From Stegostoma tigrinum (Eukaryota): a stretch of DNA of 64,000 bases. The notes under the pieces were generated by a model that saw nothing but the letters and a program-made list of their open reading frames with translations, was not told the DNA's origin and did no database searches. The first letter of the stretch is position 1. Each line of letters begins with the position of its first letter. The translations under genes were made by a program, and so were the position numbers. The stretch spans positions 3,810,342 through 3,874,341 of the forward strand of contig NC_081380.1 of assembly GCF_030684315.1 (NCBI RefSeq). The letters run 5' to 3'. Positions 25,266-36,992 of the stretch are shown piece after piece.

Positions 25266-27564
25266 TAATATAATCAATGTGGTTGACTCTGAACTGCCCC
25301 CTGGGTAATTAGGGATAGGCAATAACTGCTGCTTGGCCAGCAACGCCCTCATCCCATGAATGAATAAAGGAAAAGAAAATCTCAGACCCACTTACAGGAC
25401 GCTCCTACACTTTGATGATGCACCTGAAGCTACAGCAGCAATCCTCACTCTGCATTCTGAGGGAAATGCACTCAGCTGGTGGACTGCCCCAGGCTGTATC
25501 TCGTGGCTCTTCTCTACTGTCACAGCACTCACCCACTCTTAGACTATCTAGATGATCACATCATCCATAGCTTGCCTCTCAGCCGCAGGTACCAAGCTCA
25601 CATTACTGGTAACTAGCCTTCCCATTTAGCACAGACACAAAGCCAGGAAACTTGTTATTGATCTGATAGAAGAGTTTCTCCAGCACTTTCTGTGTTTGTT
25701 TCAGCTTTCCACCATCTGCAGTATTGTCATGGCTGTCAGCAGGCCTCAATCAAACCTTCAGCCAGGGCTCCCAGCACAGCCTAGGCCCTGCTCAGGGCAT
25801 TCACTAACAGGACCAGGCTGGCAAGGGGAAGGAGGGAGTCCCAGCTCTGCACCACCCTGTCTGGTAGAACCTCCAAGATCCTGCCCACAGGGCATAGATC
25901 TGAGCTCCCCTTCTGCTGCATTCAGGGACAAATGTCAGGAACCATGCAGGGCAGCTCCAGAGTGATCGTGCTTGTCCGCATGTACAATGGGCCTTTAAAT
26001 AAGGAGGCAGTGCCAGATAATCCCTATCAATCCCGGGATCTTCGGCGAATTGTCCCGGGAATGATGCGTTGTGAGATAGGGTGGAAATGGGATGTGTTAC
26101 ACCTTCAATGCTGAAACATCAATCACCAATTGCAAGAACGATTTCTGCGGTGAGTTTGGTAAGACATAGAGAGAAAATTCTCTCAGCTTCGAAGCGAGAA
26201 TCACTCCACCGGAAAACATACAATCCATCCCGGTATCTCCAAACCAGCAGCCAGGATTCAAACCTTACCATTGGAGAGGGATACTATAGACTACAGTAGA
26301 TCAGGCAGTGCTGGCCTTTCGGTTAAACCTATCCATCTGGAATGGGAGGCTGGGCCTGGGCCCTGGATCCTCCATTGGGATGTGACCCAGAGTTGGAGAC
26401 ATCTCAACGTAAATGCCACCCACCACCCCCTCCCCACCGGACTCCCCCATCCATGTGCTGCAGATATCTTCTCTATAAGCTGCTGCTACACACTGGCCAC
26501 TTCATCACCTTTGTCCACCACTTGGATAGAACCTGGTGTAATCTTCTGCCCTTAGGTATTGAAGCTCCCAGTGTGGGGTACTCTACTTTTGGGGGGGGGG
26601 GAGGGAGGCGAGTGGCGGGGTGTGGGTGGTGTTCGGTCCCTTTCCCATCAGTGAACAAGATGGAGGGTGATGCATGCAGCTTTCCAGTGTCACAACCAGG
26701 TGCCAGGCCACATGTAGTTTCTGTGGCTCGGTGCAAACAGTTTTCGTATTTATGTTTTCGTTTGCTGTTCTTTTGCAAGGGCTGCTCTTCTATTTCTTCA
26801 ACCCCAAGCTCTGCATCTATGGGAAGCCCGAGCAGGAGCAGATGGGCAGGTCAGAGGGATCTCCCTGGCCTAGGTTAATAGGTGCAGGCAACGTGGAGGG
26901 GCTTGTTATAGCTGACGTCCCCCTTCCTAGGTTTTGCCTGTGCTCCCACATGCATTGAGAGGGACCATAGAGTGTTCGCTGGCATGATCGAGACCAGTGG
27001 GCACCGCAGGAGCTGGGCTGCAGCATTACCCTGGAGAATTTGGATTTGACTAGTTTTCATTGTATTTCTATGAGTTTACATTAACCGTTTGATTCTAGTA
27101 CAGTGTCCCACAAGGGGCACTGATTAACCCATTGAAGTTTGTTACTTTAAGTGGGAGAATAATGGACATGGGCGATCTGGCCAGCTGATGTAAAACCCTG
27201 AAACAGATCATTTCATTCCCCTCTCTGAGTGCAGTTTGAGGTGACTGCTTGGAATCGCATCTTGCTGTCCAGCAAAGGATTACACTGGTTAGGGAGCTTG
27301 ACATTAAAACTGTGCTGTTAAAGCCTTTTGACAGAGGAGGAACCATAATCAGATAATTCCTACAGTATGCAAGCTGGAAGCTGGCCATTCAGCCCATCAA
27401 GTCCACACTGACTCTCCAAACAGCATCCCACCCAGACCTGCCCCTCTAACCTATCCTTGTCATGTCACATTTCCCATGGCTAATCCACTTAACATGTGCA
27501 TGTTTGGATCACGGGAGGAAACTGGAACGCCCAGAGGAAACACCAACAGACACAGGGAGAATGT

Positions 27565-30500
27565 TTCAGAGATAGTAGAAACTGCAGATGTTGGAGAATC
27601 CCCCCTAATCTCTCCTCCCCCTACCGCAACTCAAAACTAGCCCAGCTCGTCCCTGCCTCCCTAACCTGTTCTTCCTCTCACCTATCCCCTCCTCCCACCT
27701 CAAGCCCCAACCCATCTCCTCCCTACCAGCTCATCCCGCCCCCTTGACCTGTCCGTCCTCCCTGGACTGACCTATCTCCTCCCCGCCTCCCCACCTAACA
27801 AGGTGTAGAGCTGGATGAACACAGCAGGCCAAGCAGCATCAGAGGACCAGGAAAGCTGACGATTCGGGCCGAGACCCTTCTTCAGAAGTGGGGGAGGCAA
27901 AGCAGATTTGGAAATAAATAGGGAGAGGCTGGGAGGTGGATAGAAGATGGATAGGTGGGAGGCAGGGAGGGGATAGGTCAGTCCAGAGAGGACGGACAGA
28001 TCAAGGGGGCAGGATGAGCTGGTAGGGAGAAGATGGGGTGGGACTTGTGGTGGGAGGAGGCGATAGGTGAGAGGAAGAACAGGTTAGGGAGGCAGGGACG
28101 AGCTGGGCTAGTTTTGGGATGCAGTAGGGGGAGGGGAGATTTTGAAGCTGATGAAGTCCACATTGATATGATTGTGCTGCAGGGTTCCCAAGCGGAACAT
28201 GAGTTGCTGTTCCTGCAACCTTTGGGTGGCATCATTGTGGCACTGCAGGAGGCCCAGGATGGACATGTCGTCTAAGGAATGGGAGGGGGAGTTGAAATGG
28301 CTCGTGACTGGGAGGTGTAGTTGTTTATTGTGAACCGAGCGGAGGTGTTCCGTAAAGCGGTCCCCAAGCATCCGCTTGGTTTCCCCAATGTAGAGGAAGC
28401 CACAACGACAACAGCAGATGCAGTATACCACATTAGCAGATGTACAGGTGAACATCTGTTTGATGTGGAAGGTCTTCTTGGAGCCTGGGATGGGGTGAGG
28501 GGGGAGTTGTGGGGGCAAGGGTAGCACTTCCTGTGGATCCAGGGAAAAGTGCCAGGTTGGGTGGGGCAGAAGTGTCGAAGGATGATTCGTTGGATCCGGA
28601 GGTTGGAGGAGTGGTATGTGAGGACGAGGGGGATTCTGTTTTGGTTGTTATTGCGGGGTGGGGGTGAGAGGGATGAGTTACGGGAAATGTGGGAGACCCG
28701 ATTGAGGGCTTTCTCGATCACTGAGGGGGGGATGTTGCGGTCCTTGAAAAACGGAGACATCTGAGATGCTCGGGAGTGGAATGCCTCATCCTGGGAGCAG
28801 ATCCAGTGGAGGCGAAGGAATTGCGGAGAGGGGATGGTATTTTTGCAGGAAGGTGGGTGGGAGCAGATGTATCCTAGGTAGCTGTGGGAGTCAGTGGGCT
28901 TGAAACGAATGTCGGTTTCAAGCTGGTTGCCAGAGATGGAAACAGAGAGGTCCAGGAAGGAGAGGGAGGTATTGGAGATGGTCCAGGTGACCTTAAGGCT
29001 GGGTGGAAGGTGTTGGTAAAGTGGATGAAGTGTTCGAGCTCCTTGTGGGAGAATATACAGTCATCAATGTAACGGAGGAAGAGGTGGGGTTTGGGGCCAG
29101 TGTAGGTGCAGATGAGGGACTGTTCCACGTAACCTACAAAGAGGGAGGCATAGCTTGGGCCCATGCATGTACCCATGGCCACCCCCTTTGCCTATAGAAG
29201 TGGGAGGAATTGAAAGAGAATTTGTTGAGGGTGAGGACGACTTCAGCGAGCGGATGAGGGTGTTGGTGGGGGGGCCTGGTCAGGCCTGCGGGACAGGAAG
29301 AAGCAGAGGGCCTTTAGGCCATCTGCATGGGGAATGCAGGTGTATAGGTTCTGGATGTCCATGGTGAAGATAAGATATTAGGAACTGGGGAATTGGAAGT
29401 TTTGGAGTAGGTGGAGGGTGTGGGTGGTGTCACAGACATAGGTAGGGAATCCCTGGATCAAGGGGGATAAAATGGAGTCGAGATAATTGGAGATAAGTTC
29501 GGTGAGGCAGGAGCAGGTGGAGACAATGGTTGACTAGGGCAGTTGGGCTTGTGGATTTTGGGAAGGAGATAGAAGCTGGCAGAGCGGGGTTGGGGAACAA
29601 TGAGGTTGGAGGCTGCGGGTGGGAGGTCACTTGAAGTGATGAGGTTGTGGATGGTTTAGGAGACGATGTTTTGGTGGTCAGCGTGGGGTCATGATCAAGG
29701 GGGCGGTAGGAGGAGGTGTCGGAGAGTTGGTGTCTGGTCTTGGTGATGTAGATGTCAGTGCGCCATACCACAACTGTGCCTCCCTTGTCTGCGGGTTTTT
29801 TGGTGAGTTTGGGATTGGACCGGAGGGAGCGGAGGGCTGCACATTCTGCAGGGGAACGGTTGGAGTGGGTGAGAGAGGTGGAGAGGTTGAGGTGATTGAT
29901 GTCTCAACAACAGTTGGAGATGATGACATCGAAGGAGGGTAGGAGGCCTTGGGGTGGTGACCAGGAGTAGGGTTTGTGTTGGAGGTGGGAGAATGGGTCA
30001 GTGGAGGGAAGGTTAGGCTCACGGTTAGAGAAGTAAGCATTGAGGTGGAGGCGGTGGAAAAACTGTTCAACGTCCAGGCGTGAGCATTATTCATTGATGT
30101 TAGGGTGGAGGGGGATAAAGGTGAGCATTTTACTGAGGAAGCCTGTCTTTCTGTAGGATAAGTGGAACAATCCCTCTTCCAAAGCTACATAGCCCCTAAG
30201 TCTCATCTCTTCCTTCATTACATTGATGACCGTGTCAGCGCCACCTCGTGCTCCCACAAGGAGCACGAACAGTTCATCCACTTCACTATCACCTTCCACC
30301 CCAACCTTAAGTTCACCTGGACTATCTTTGATACCTCTCTCTCCTTCCTGGACCTCTCTGTCTGCATCTCTGGTAACCACCTGGAAACCGATATCTATTT
30401 CGAGCTCCCACAGCTCCCTACAGACTCCCACAGCTACCTAGAATACACCTCCTCTCACCCACTTTCCTGCAAAAATACCATCCCCTATTCCCAATTCCTC

Positions 30501-31689
30501 CGCCTCCGCCGCATCTGCTCCCAGGATGAGACAATCCACTCCTGTACATCCCAGATGTCCTCGTTTTTCAAGGACCGCAACAACGGCCCGCAGTGGTTGA
30601 GAACGCCCTTGACCGTGTCTCCCGCATTTCCCACAGCACATCCTCACACCCTGCCCCCACAATAACCACCCAAACAGAACACCCCTAGTTCTCACATACC
30701 ACCCCACTAACCTCCGGATACAACGCATCATCCTGTGACACTTCCTCCATCTGCTATCCGATCCCACCACCCACCACCCTTATCTGCCTTCCAGAGGGAC
30801 CACTCTCTCTGTGACTCCTTGTCCGCTCCATACTCCCCTCCAGCCCCACCACACCCGGCACTTTTCCCCGCAACCGCAGGAAGTGCTACACCTGCCCCAT
30901 GCTTCCCCCCTCACCCCCATCCCAGGCCCCAAGCAGGCCGCCCACATCAAACAGATGTTCACCTGCACATCTGCTAATGTGGTGTATTGTATCAGCTGTT
31001 CCAGATGTGGCCTCCTCTACATTGGGGAAACCAAGTGGAGGCTTGGGGACTGCTTCGCAGAACACCTACACTCGGTTCGCACTAAACAACTGCACCTCCC
31101 AGTCGTGAACGATTTCAACTGCCCCTCCAATTCCTCAGATGACATGTCCATCATGGGCCTCCTGCAGTGCCATAATGATGCTACCCGAAGGTTCAAGGAG
31201 CAGCACCTCATATTCCGCTTGGGAACCCTGCAGCCCAATGGTATCAATGTGGACATCACAAGCTCCAAAACCTCGCCTCCCTCAACCGCATCCCAAAACC
31301 AGACCAGCTCGTCCCCACCTCCCTAACCTGTCCTTCCTCTCACCTCTCCCCTTCTCCCACCTCACGCCCCACTGCCACCTCCTACCTACCAGCCCCATCC
31401 CACCCCCTTGACTTGTCCATCCTCCCTGGACTGACCTATCCCCTCCCTACCTCCCGACCTACTCTTACCTTTACTGGCTCCATCCCCGCCTCTTTGACCT
31501 GTCTGTCTCCTCTCCATCTATCTTCTCCTCTGTCCATCTTTCATCTGCCTCCCCTTCTCTCCCTATTTATTTCTGAATCCCCTTCACCTCCCCAATTTCT
31601 GAAGAAGGGTCTAGGCCCAAAACATCAGCTTTCCTGGTCCTCTGATGCTGCTTGGCCTGCTGTGTTCATCCAGCTTTATACCCTGTTAT
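27565..31689. mobile_element. 4.1-kb composite Penelope-like retroelement: two divergent arms inserted in an HE1 SINE
   Basis: Minus arm ~30135-27798 has RT (MGTCMGPSYASLFVGYVEQ..FLRYIDD) and GIY-YIG (NVVYCI.C.RCG.LYIGETKR.LGDRF.EH). Plus arm ~30140-31689 repeats the RT end and GIY-YIG. CACAG(G/T)GAGAATGT at 27551-27564 and 31690-31703. The host SINE resumes afterwards. Confidence 0.92.
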
Positions 31690-32581
31690 CACAGTGAGAA
31701 TGTAATAGTTCTATATAGGCACTCAGCCACGGCTAGAATTGAACCTTTGTTCCTAGTGTTATGGTAGCTAACCAAACAGCCAAAAGTTTAAATAGATTAT
31801 TTGGTCTTCATTTGATTGGCTTGTGTGGGTTTTTGGGGAAATCAGTTGCAATGTTCTCTGCATTACAGCAACTAGACTTTGCTCAAACAACAGCAGGCTG
31901 CTATTTTTCTACATCCTGATGTTGTGAAGGCTGCATTTCAAATTCGGCTCTTTCTTTGACTTGCACAGGCTGCCCTACTCTCCTGGAATGTCCAGGGGTT
32001 TCCTGGAATCGAGCATTCCGCTTTTGAGAACTGCTTGCAGCATCCTGTGAGATTAGCATTTTAAATTTCCTGCCTCGCTCGGGAGAATGGCGCTTGAACA
32101 ATAAATACAGTGAGGGACTGCACAGAGCAAGTGGTCATTAGTTTCGTGCTGTCAGCCATAAATCAGCTAAACATCGTTAATTTTAAACAGAGTCCAGTCT
32201 CAGCCATTCCCACGACTTTATTATGGGATATTGCGGGAAAAGAGGGAGAGACTGGGGGAACAAGAGTGCCTTGGGTAAAAGTGACTGGGTCAGAACAGAG
32301 ACAGTCATGAGAAGATTGGCTTTATGTATTCAAAGTCAATGTATATGATCATATGTGCAGCAATCCAATGGGGGGCCCATGTGGCGCAGTGGTATTGTAT
32401 CTACCCCTAAACTAGGAGAGCCAGCTTCACATCACACCTGCTCCAGAGTTGCTTAAGAACAATCTCTGCAACGCTTGACTAGGAAAAAAATAATTGAAAA
32501 AAATATGTGTAGTAAAGTGGTAACATCCCTGCCTCTGAGTCAGGAGACTTGGTGCAAGTCACACCTGCTTCAGAGCTGTGC

Positions 32582-32758
32582 AATAACAGCATGGAACTGG
32601 TTGTTTAGAAAATATCTATGTTTATGAAGCAAACCCATGTCCCAAAAGCATTAACCTGGGTCGTGGGATTATTGGCCAATGACAATGTCACTACCATTAC
32701 TTGTTAGGAGATGTAATCAGGGTGAGGGTCTAGTGAGGGCAGGTTGGTGTCAATGGGA
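32582..32758 (+). repeat. 177-bp inverted duplication, copy 1
   Basis: Reverse complement of 35185-35361 with few mismatches. Confidence 0.93.
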
Positions 32759-33174
32759 GCCAAGGAACTGTGGAAAGTCCAAATTTATTTCCAATAGAGT
32801 GGACAGCAATTGGCCGCTCCTAATCCTGACTCTCCACCTCCTATTATTTAACATCTCCCAGTCAAAGTAGAAAGAAAGTGACAGCAACAGGAAAGATTAA
32901 GAGACAACTGCAAAAAAAGAGTGAGACAAAGAAAAAACTGACAAGTGGAAACATGCTGAAACAGAGGAAAGGAAGTGAGAGTGCATCTTGTGTACGCAAC
33001 TGCATGTAATCTACCATGCCATCTCCTTAACTCTTACTTAATTGAGAAACTACTGGCCTGAAATCCAGTTCTTGGATGAGCAGAAGGTTTGTTCAATTAA
33101 AAAGCCAATTCTTTCATCTCTAGCACAAACAGTTCCTGCTCCCTGACAACTTCCTCAGTTCAAACCAACTCCCC

Positions 33175-33437
33175 GCACTGACCTATACCCTCCCTACTTC
33201 CCCACCTACACTCACTTCTACAGCTCCATCCCCGCCCTTTTAACTTGCCTGTGTCCTCTCCACCTATCTTCTCCTCCACCCATCTTATATCCACCTCCCC
33301 CTCTCTCCCTATTTATTTCAGAACCCTCCACCCCTCCACCTTTTCTGACGAAGGGTCTAGGCCCGAAGCGTCAGCTTTTGTGCTCCTAAAATGCCGCTTG
33401 GCCTGCTGTGTTCATCCAGCTCCATACTGTGTTATCT
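33175..33437 (+). mobile_element. Penelope pLTR fragment with variant hammerhead core
   Basis: CTGACGA-AGGGTCTAGGCCC-GAAGCGTC at ~33345-33372. Confidence 0.85.
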
Positions 33438-34514
33438 CTTTTAATAAAGTTGTTTCATATTTGGCCTAAGATGAGCTTCTGACTACAGATTTTCCCTATC
33501 ACTATGACCATTTATTCCCAGCTCTATAACATGGTCCTATTCCACGTTGTCTTGGGTCATCTGCTGCTGAAGCCTTTATCCATAGCTTTGTTACTTCTAG
33601 ACTATTATGAGGAACTTCAAGCTAGTTTCCTTTCTACGCTCCCTAAACATGAGGCCATTCAACAATCTGCAACCAATTCTGACTCACACTAGCTCCTGAG
33701 CACCCAACACTCCAGTCCTCACTGAACAGTTAGAGAAACATTAAAATTCTCACAATTGTTTTCAAACGCCTTAGCCCTTCCTACATTTGTAACCCCTTTC
33801 GGCCCCACAATCCCTTAAGGCTCTCCGACTCTCTTTAATTCTCGTCTCTCGCAGATGACCGATTTGAATTACTCCACAAGTTTCCCTTTAAACATTCTGC
33901 CTCTGGAAATACCTAGAGCATCTCAGTGCAGTCAAATGTACATGAGCGTGCCTGGCCATTCTTCTCTGATAGCTTTCCACAGTTCCTTAAAGACATGTTC
34001 CACCTCCCTGTCCATACTGTCCACATGTGGGACTAATGTTCACTTCTGACATTCCTTTGCTGGTTTGGTAGCCAGCTCACTGCGATAAGCTTTTTGGTAT
34101 GAGGTTTGTACCAGGATTGAAGACATACTCCATGCTTTCATTCAAAGTTGTAGCGTCGCTACTTACTTGTCAGTGGTTCGTGTCAATTAATTTCCAGCAG
34201 TTTGTGATCAGCGAAATCCTTACTGACCAGATTCAATGTATGGAATCTTTTTGTACTGATTGCTAGGGCAAGTGTTACACTGCTGTGTTTCAGAATAATC
34301 GGACTGTGGCTGTGATGGTGCTTTTGGATCTAACTGCGACTGGTTTGGCAGCTTGAATGATATATACCTTTAGCCCTATTAGAGTTACATCAGCTTTTAA
34401 GGTAGCCCTTTCGCTTGTGCTGTAGTACTGCAGCATACAGGTTTCAGCTGACAGCGCTTGTGTGACTGATTCCATTATGTGCTCATGGTCCTTTCGCCAC
34501 ACATCAGGGAATCA

Positions 34515-34842
34515 ATGGCCTAGTGTATTATCATTGGTCTGTTAATCCAGAGACCCAGAAAATGTTCTGGGGAGCCGGGTTCAAATGCTGCTATGGCAGA
34601 TGGTAGAATTTGAATTCACTTAAAAGCAAAACCTGGAATTAAGATGATCATGAATCCATGGATGATTATCAGGGGGAAAACCCATTTGGTTTACTAATGT
34701 CCTTTACAGAAGGATACAACCATACTTAACTGGTCTGGCCGATACATGATTCCAGGCACTGCAGCGTGGTTAACTCTTAACCACCCAATGGACAAAAAAA
34801 TACTGGCCTGGGCCAGTGATGTCCATGTCCCATGAATGAATA
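34515..34842 (+). mobile_element. tRNA-headed SINE (second family) nested in Gypsy
   Basis: Same head and body as 24050 and 50078. Confidence 0.8.
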
Positions 34843-35184
34843 TTAAAAAATGGGATGTCTCCCTGAAGGAGCTGTTTCCAATTCTTTTATCAGAAAATTT
34901 GGAATGGATGCTGTTAGCAGGTCAAAAAGAAAATCCAAGAATTCTCTGCGGGTCTTCTTGGTCCTGAGGAGAGGGACGTGCTGTTTATCTACAAATTTGC
35001 CAGGATCAGGATGGATCCCATAACCTGAATAGAGATGGCCAAAAGAATTGATGTGACCTACATTCCCCTGGCACTCCTTGCTGTTGCAAACAAGCCCTTG
35101 ACAACGCGCTCCCACCACCAGAGTGTGTAGCTTTGGTTTTCTCCATCACCTTCATATCATCAGAAATACACACCAAGATATCCT

Positions 35185-35361
35185 TCCCATTGACACCAAC
35201 CTGCCCTCACTAGACCCTCACCCCGATTACATCTCCTAACAAGTGGTGGTAGCGACATTGTCATTGGCCAATAATCCCACGACCCAGGTTAATGCTTTTG
35301 GGACAAGGGTTTGATTCATAAACATAGATATTTTCTAAACAACCAGTTCCATGCTGTTATT
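35185..35361 (-). repeat. 177-bp inverted duplication, copy 2, inserted in Gypsy RT
   Basis: Interrupts the Gypsy RT frame. Followed by a re-copied 18-mer TTCTAAACAACCAGTTCC (35333-35350 and 35362-35379). Confidence 0.93.
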
Positions 35362-36381
35362 TTCTAAACAACCAGTTCCTTCAGATCCTGACCTGAAAGA
35401 TTTTCTCTGGAAACAATATTTTCCAAATTGTGATTTCTTGAACTTCCTTTGCTGACTAAATACATCAATAACTATTAGCATAAGCTTGGAAAGCAACAGG
35501 GCTCCTGCGAATTTGGGATTCAATCCCTCCAGCACTGGAATTTTGTGTGGGCATCTCTTTAGAGAACATTTTAAGAAACACACCTTTAATGTGCCATCTT
35601 TCTGTGGCAAACAGGTAAACAAACTGCGCTGGTCTGTGCACTGAGGTTTAAGATGGCTAATACAGTTAAACTTCACATCATCTTGCTCATTCTCACATTT
35701 CTCTTGTGTGTGAGCACTGCACTTGCTGGCAGATTCATGTTTTCTCTGAGGTGTAATGCAACATCCTCTCTGAGAGACCCTATGGGGTTGAATCAGTCTG
35801 GGTGGGCATGTTTGTATACACCTTGGACTGACTCAAAGTGAATATCTTTGACCTGATCTGCTATGATTGGTAACTTTGTAAATGTGTGAAGTCACAAAGT
35901 TGTGTTCTGTACACAATGGTCGCTCAGCTATTGCTCATTCCTCCTGTCTACTGGGTGCTTGTGGCTTTCGTGAAGTATTTTTATAGCCGAATTACATCGG
36001 TGACATTTTAACACTGGGCGTAAGTAGCCCATGATACACAATCAGTTTCGTTGTTGTAGGTTGTATCATTGAATTCTAATGATCCAAATATATATCCCAC
36101 AGGAATCTGACCAGTTGGGTTGTTTGCATGAGCTCCTATGTCGATCTTGTTTTGAGCTTATGTTTCCATTGCAGAATATCATTTTGACTTTGTCCACACA
36201 TTGTGTCACATTCACAAATATAGAATGCCTGTTCTCCTTCTGGTTGAAGTTTCTTCTACCCTGAATCATGATGCTGGTGGTATGGATGCATGTGCATGTG
36301 TTTACACATGTCTCTGGGGCACTCCCTGTTGTTGCTACCAGCATGTTGCACGTGCCTTTTGTTTGGCCACATCCTCTGTAA

Positions 36382-36450
36382 CATACATAGAACGTTACAG
36401 CACAGTACAGGCCCTTCGGCCCTCGATGTTGTGCCGACCTGTCATACCAA
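36382..36450 (-). mobile_element. Extremely truncated CR1 3' tail (~70 bp)
   Basis: Near-identical to 24250-24315. Flanked by TCTGTAAC at ~36374-36381 and 36451-36458. Confidence 0.75.
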
Positions 36451-36865
36451 TCTGTAACTTCTGGTTACGTCCCTGGAATCAAATTTCTTTCATTGGTGAG
36501 CCCTGTATCCTTTGGAATGTATGGCTAACAAAGATGTTGAATCACAGGACAGCTACATGGTGTTTCCATAGACTACTCTTCCATCATAGCTTAATGTGTC
36601 CTGGATACCATGTCAATATTGTTAGCTGTATCTAATGATTGCAGGCTATGATGTCTGCCTGTAACGGTTTCATATTTTCTACCATCTTCTAGTGCAATAT
36701 CGATATTGCGGCCTTTCTCTTGTGCATTAGATCCTTTTGCAAAGATTTGATAGCTGGTGAAGTTATAACCAGCTCTGCTGTGCACTCAGACACCTCAGTC
36801 TCTGAGAAACCACAGCTCTTGTCCTTGTCACAGCTCTGATGGACAAACCAATCAATTGATTCCTG

Positions 36866-36992
36866 TGAGATAGTAAGAACTGCCAATGCTGGAGCCAGAG
36901 ATAACACAGTGTGGAGCTGGAGGAACACAGCATCAGGCAGCATCAGAGGAGCAGGAAAGCTGACGTTTCGATTTGGGACCCTTTTTCAGAAA
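36866..36992 (-). mobile_element. Penelope pLTR fragment
   Basis: Minus strand reads CTGAAAA-AGGGTCCCAAATC-GAAACGTC followed by the shared tail. Confidence 0.75.

Larger units (their letters stand above)
24050..25365 (+). mobile_element. tRNA-headed SINE (second family), split by nested CR1 and HE1 insertions
   Basis: A-box-like TGGCCTAGTGG and B-box GGTTCAAATCC. Pieces 24050-24237, 24886-24946 and 25275-25365 join into the sequence seen intact at 34515-34842 and 50078-50412. Confidence 0.8.

Noticed and set aside
26342-26878. 178-aa ORF
   Set aside because: Low-complexity, crosses a poly-G run, and has no recognisable domain or splice structure.
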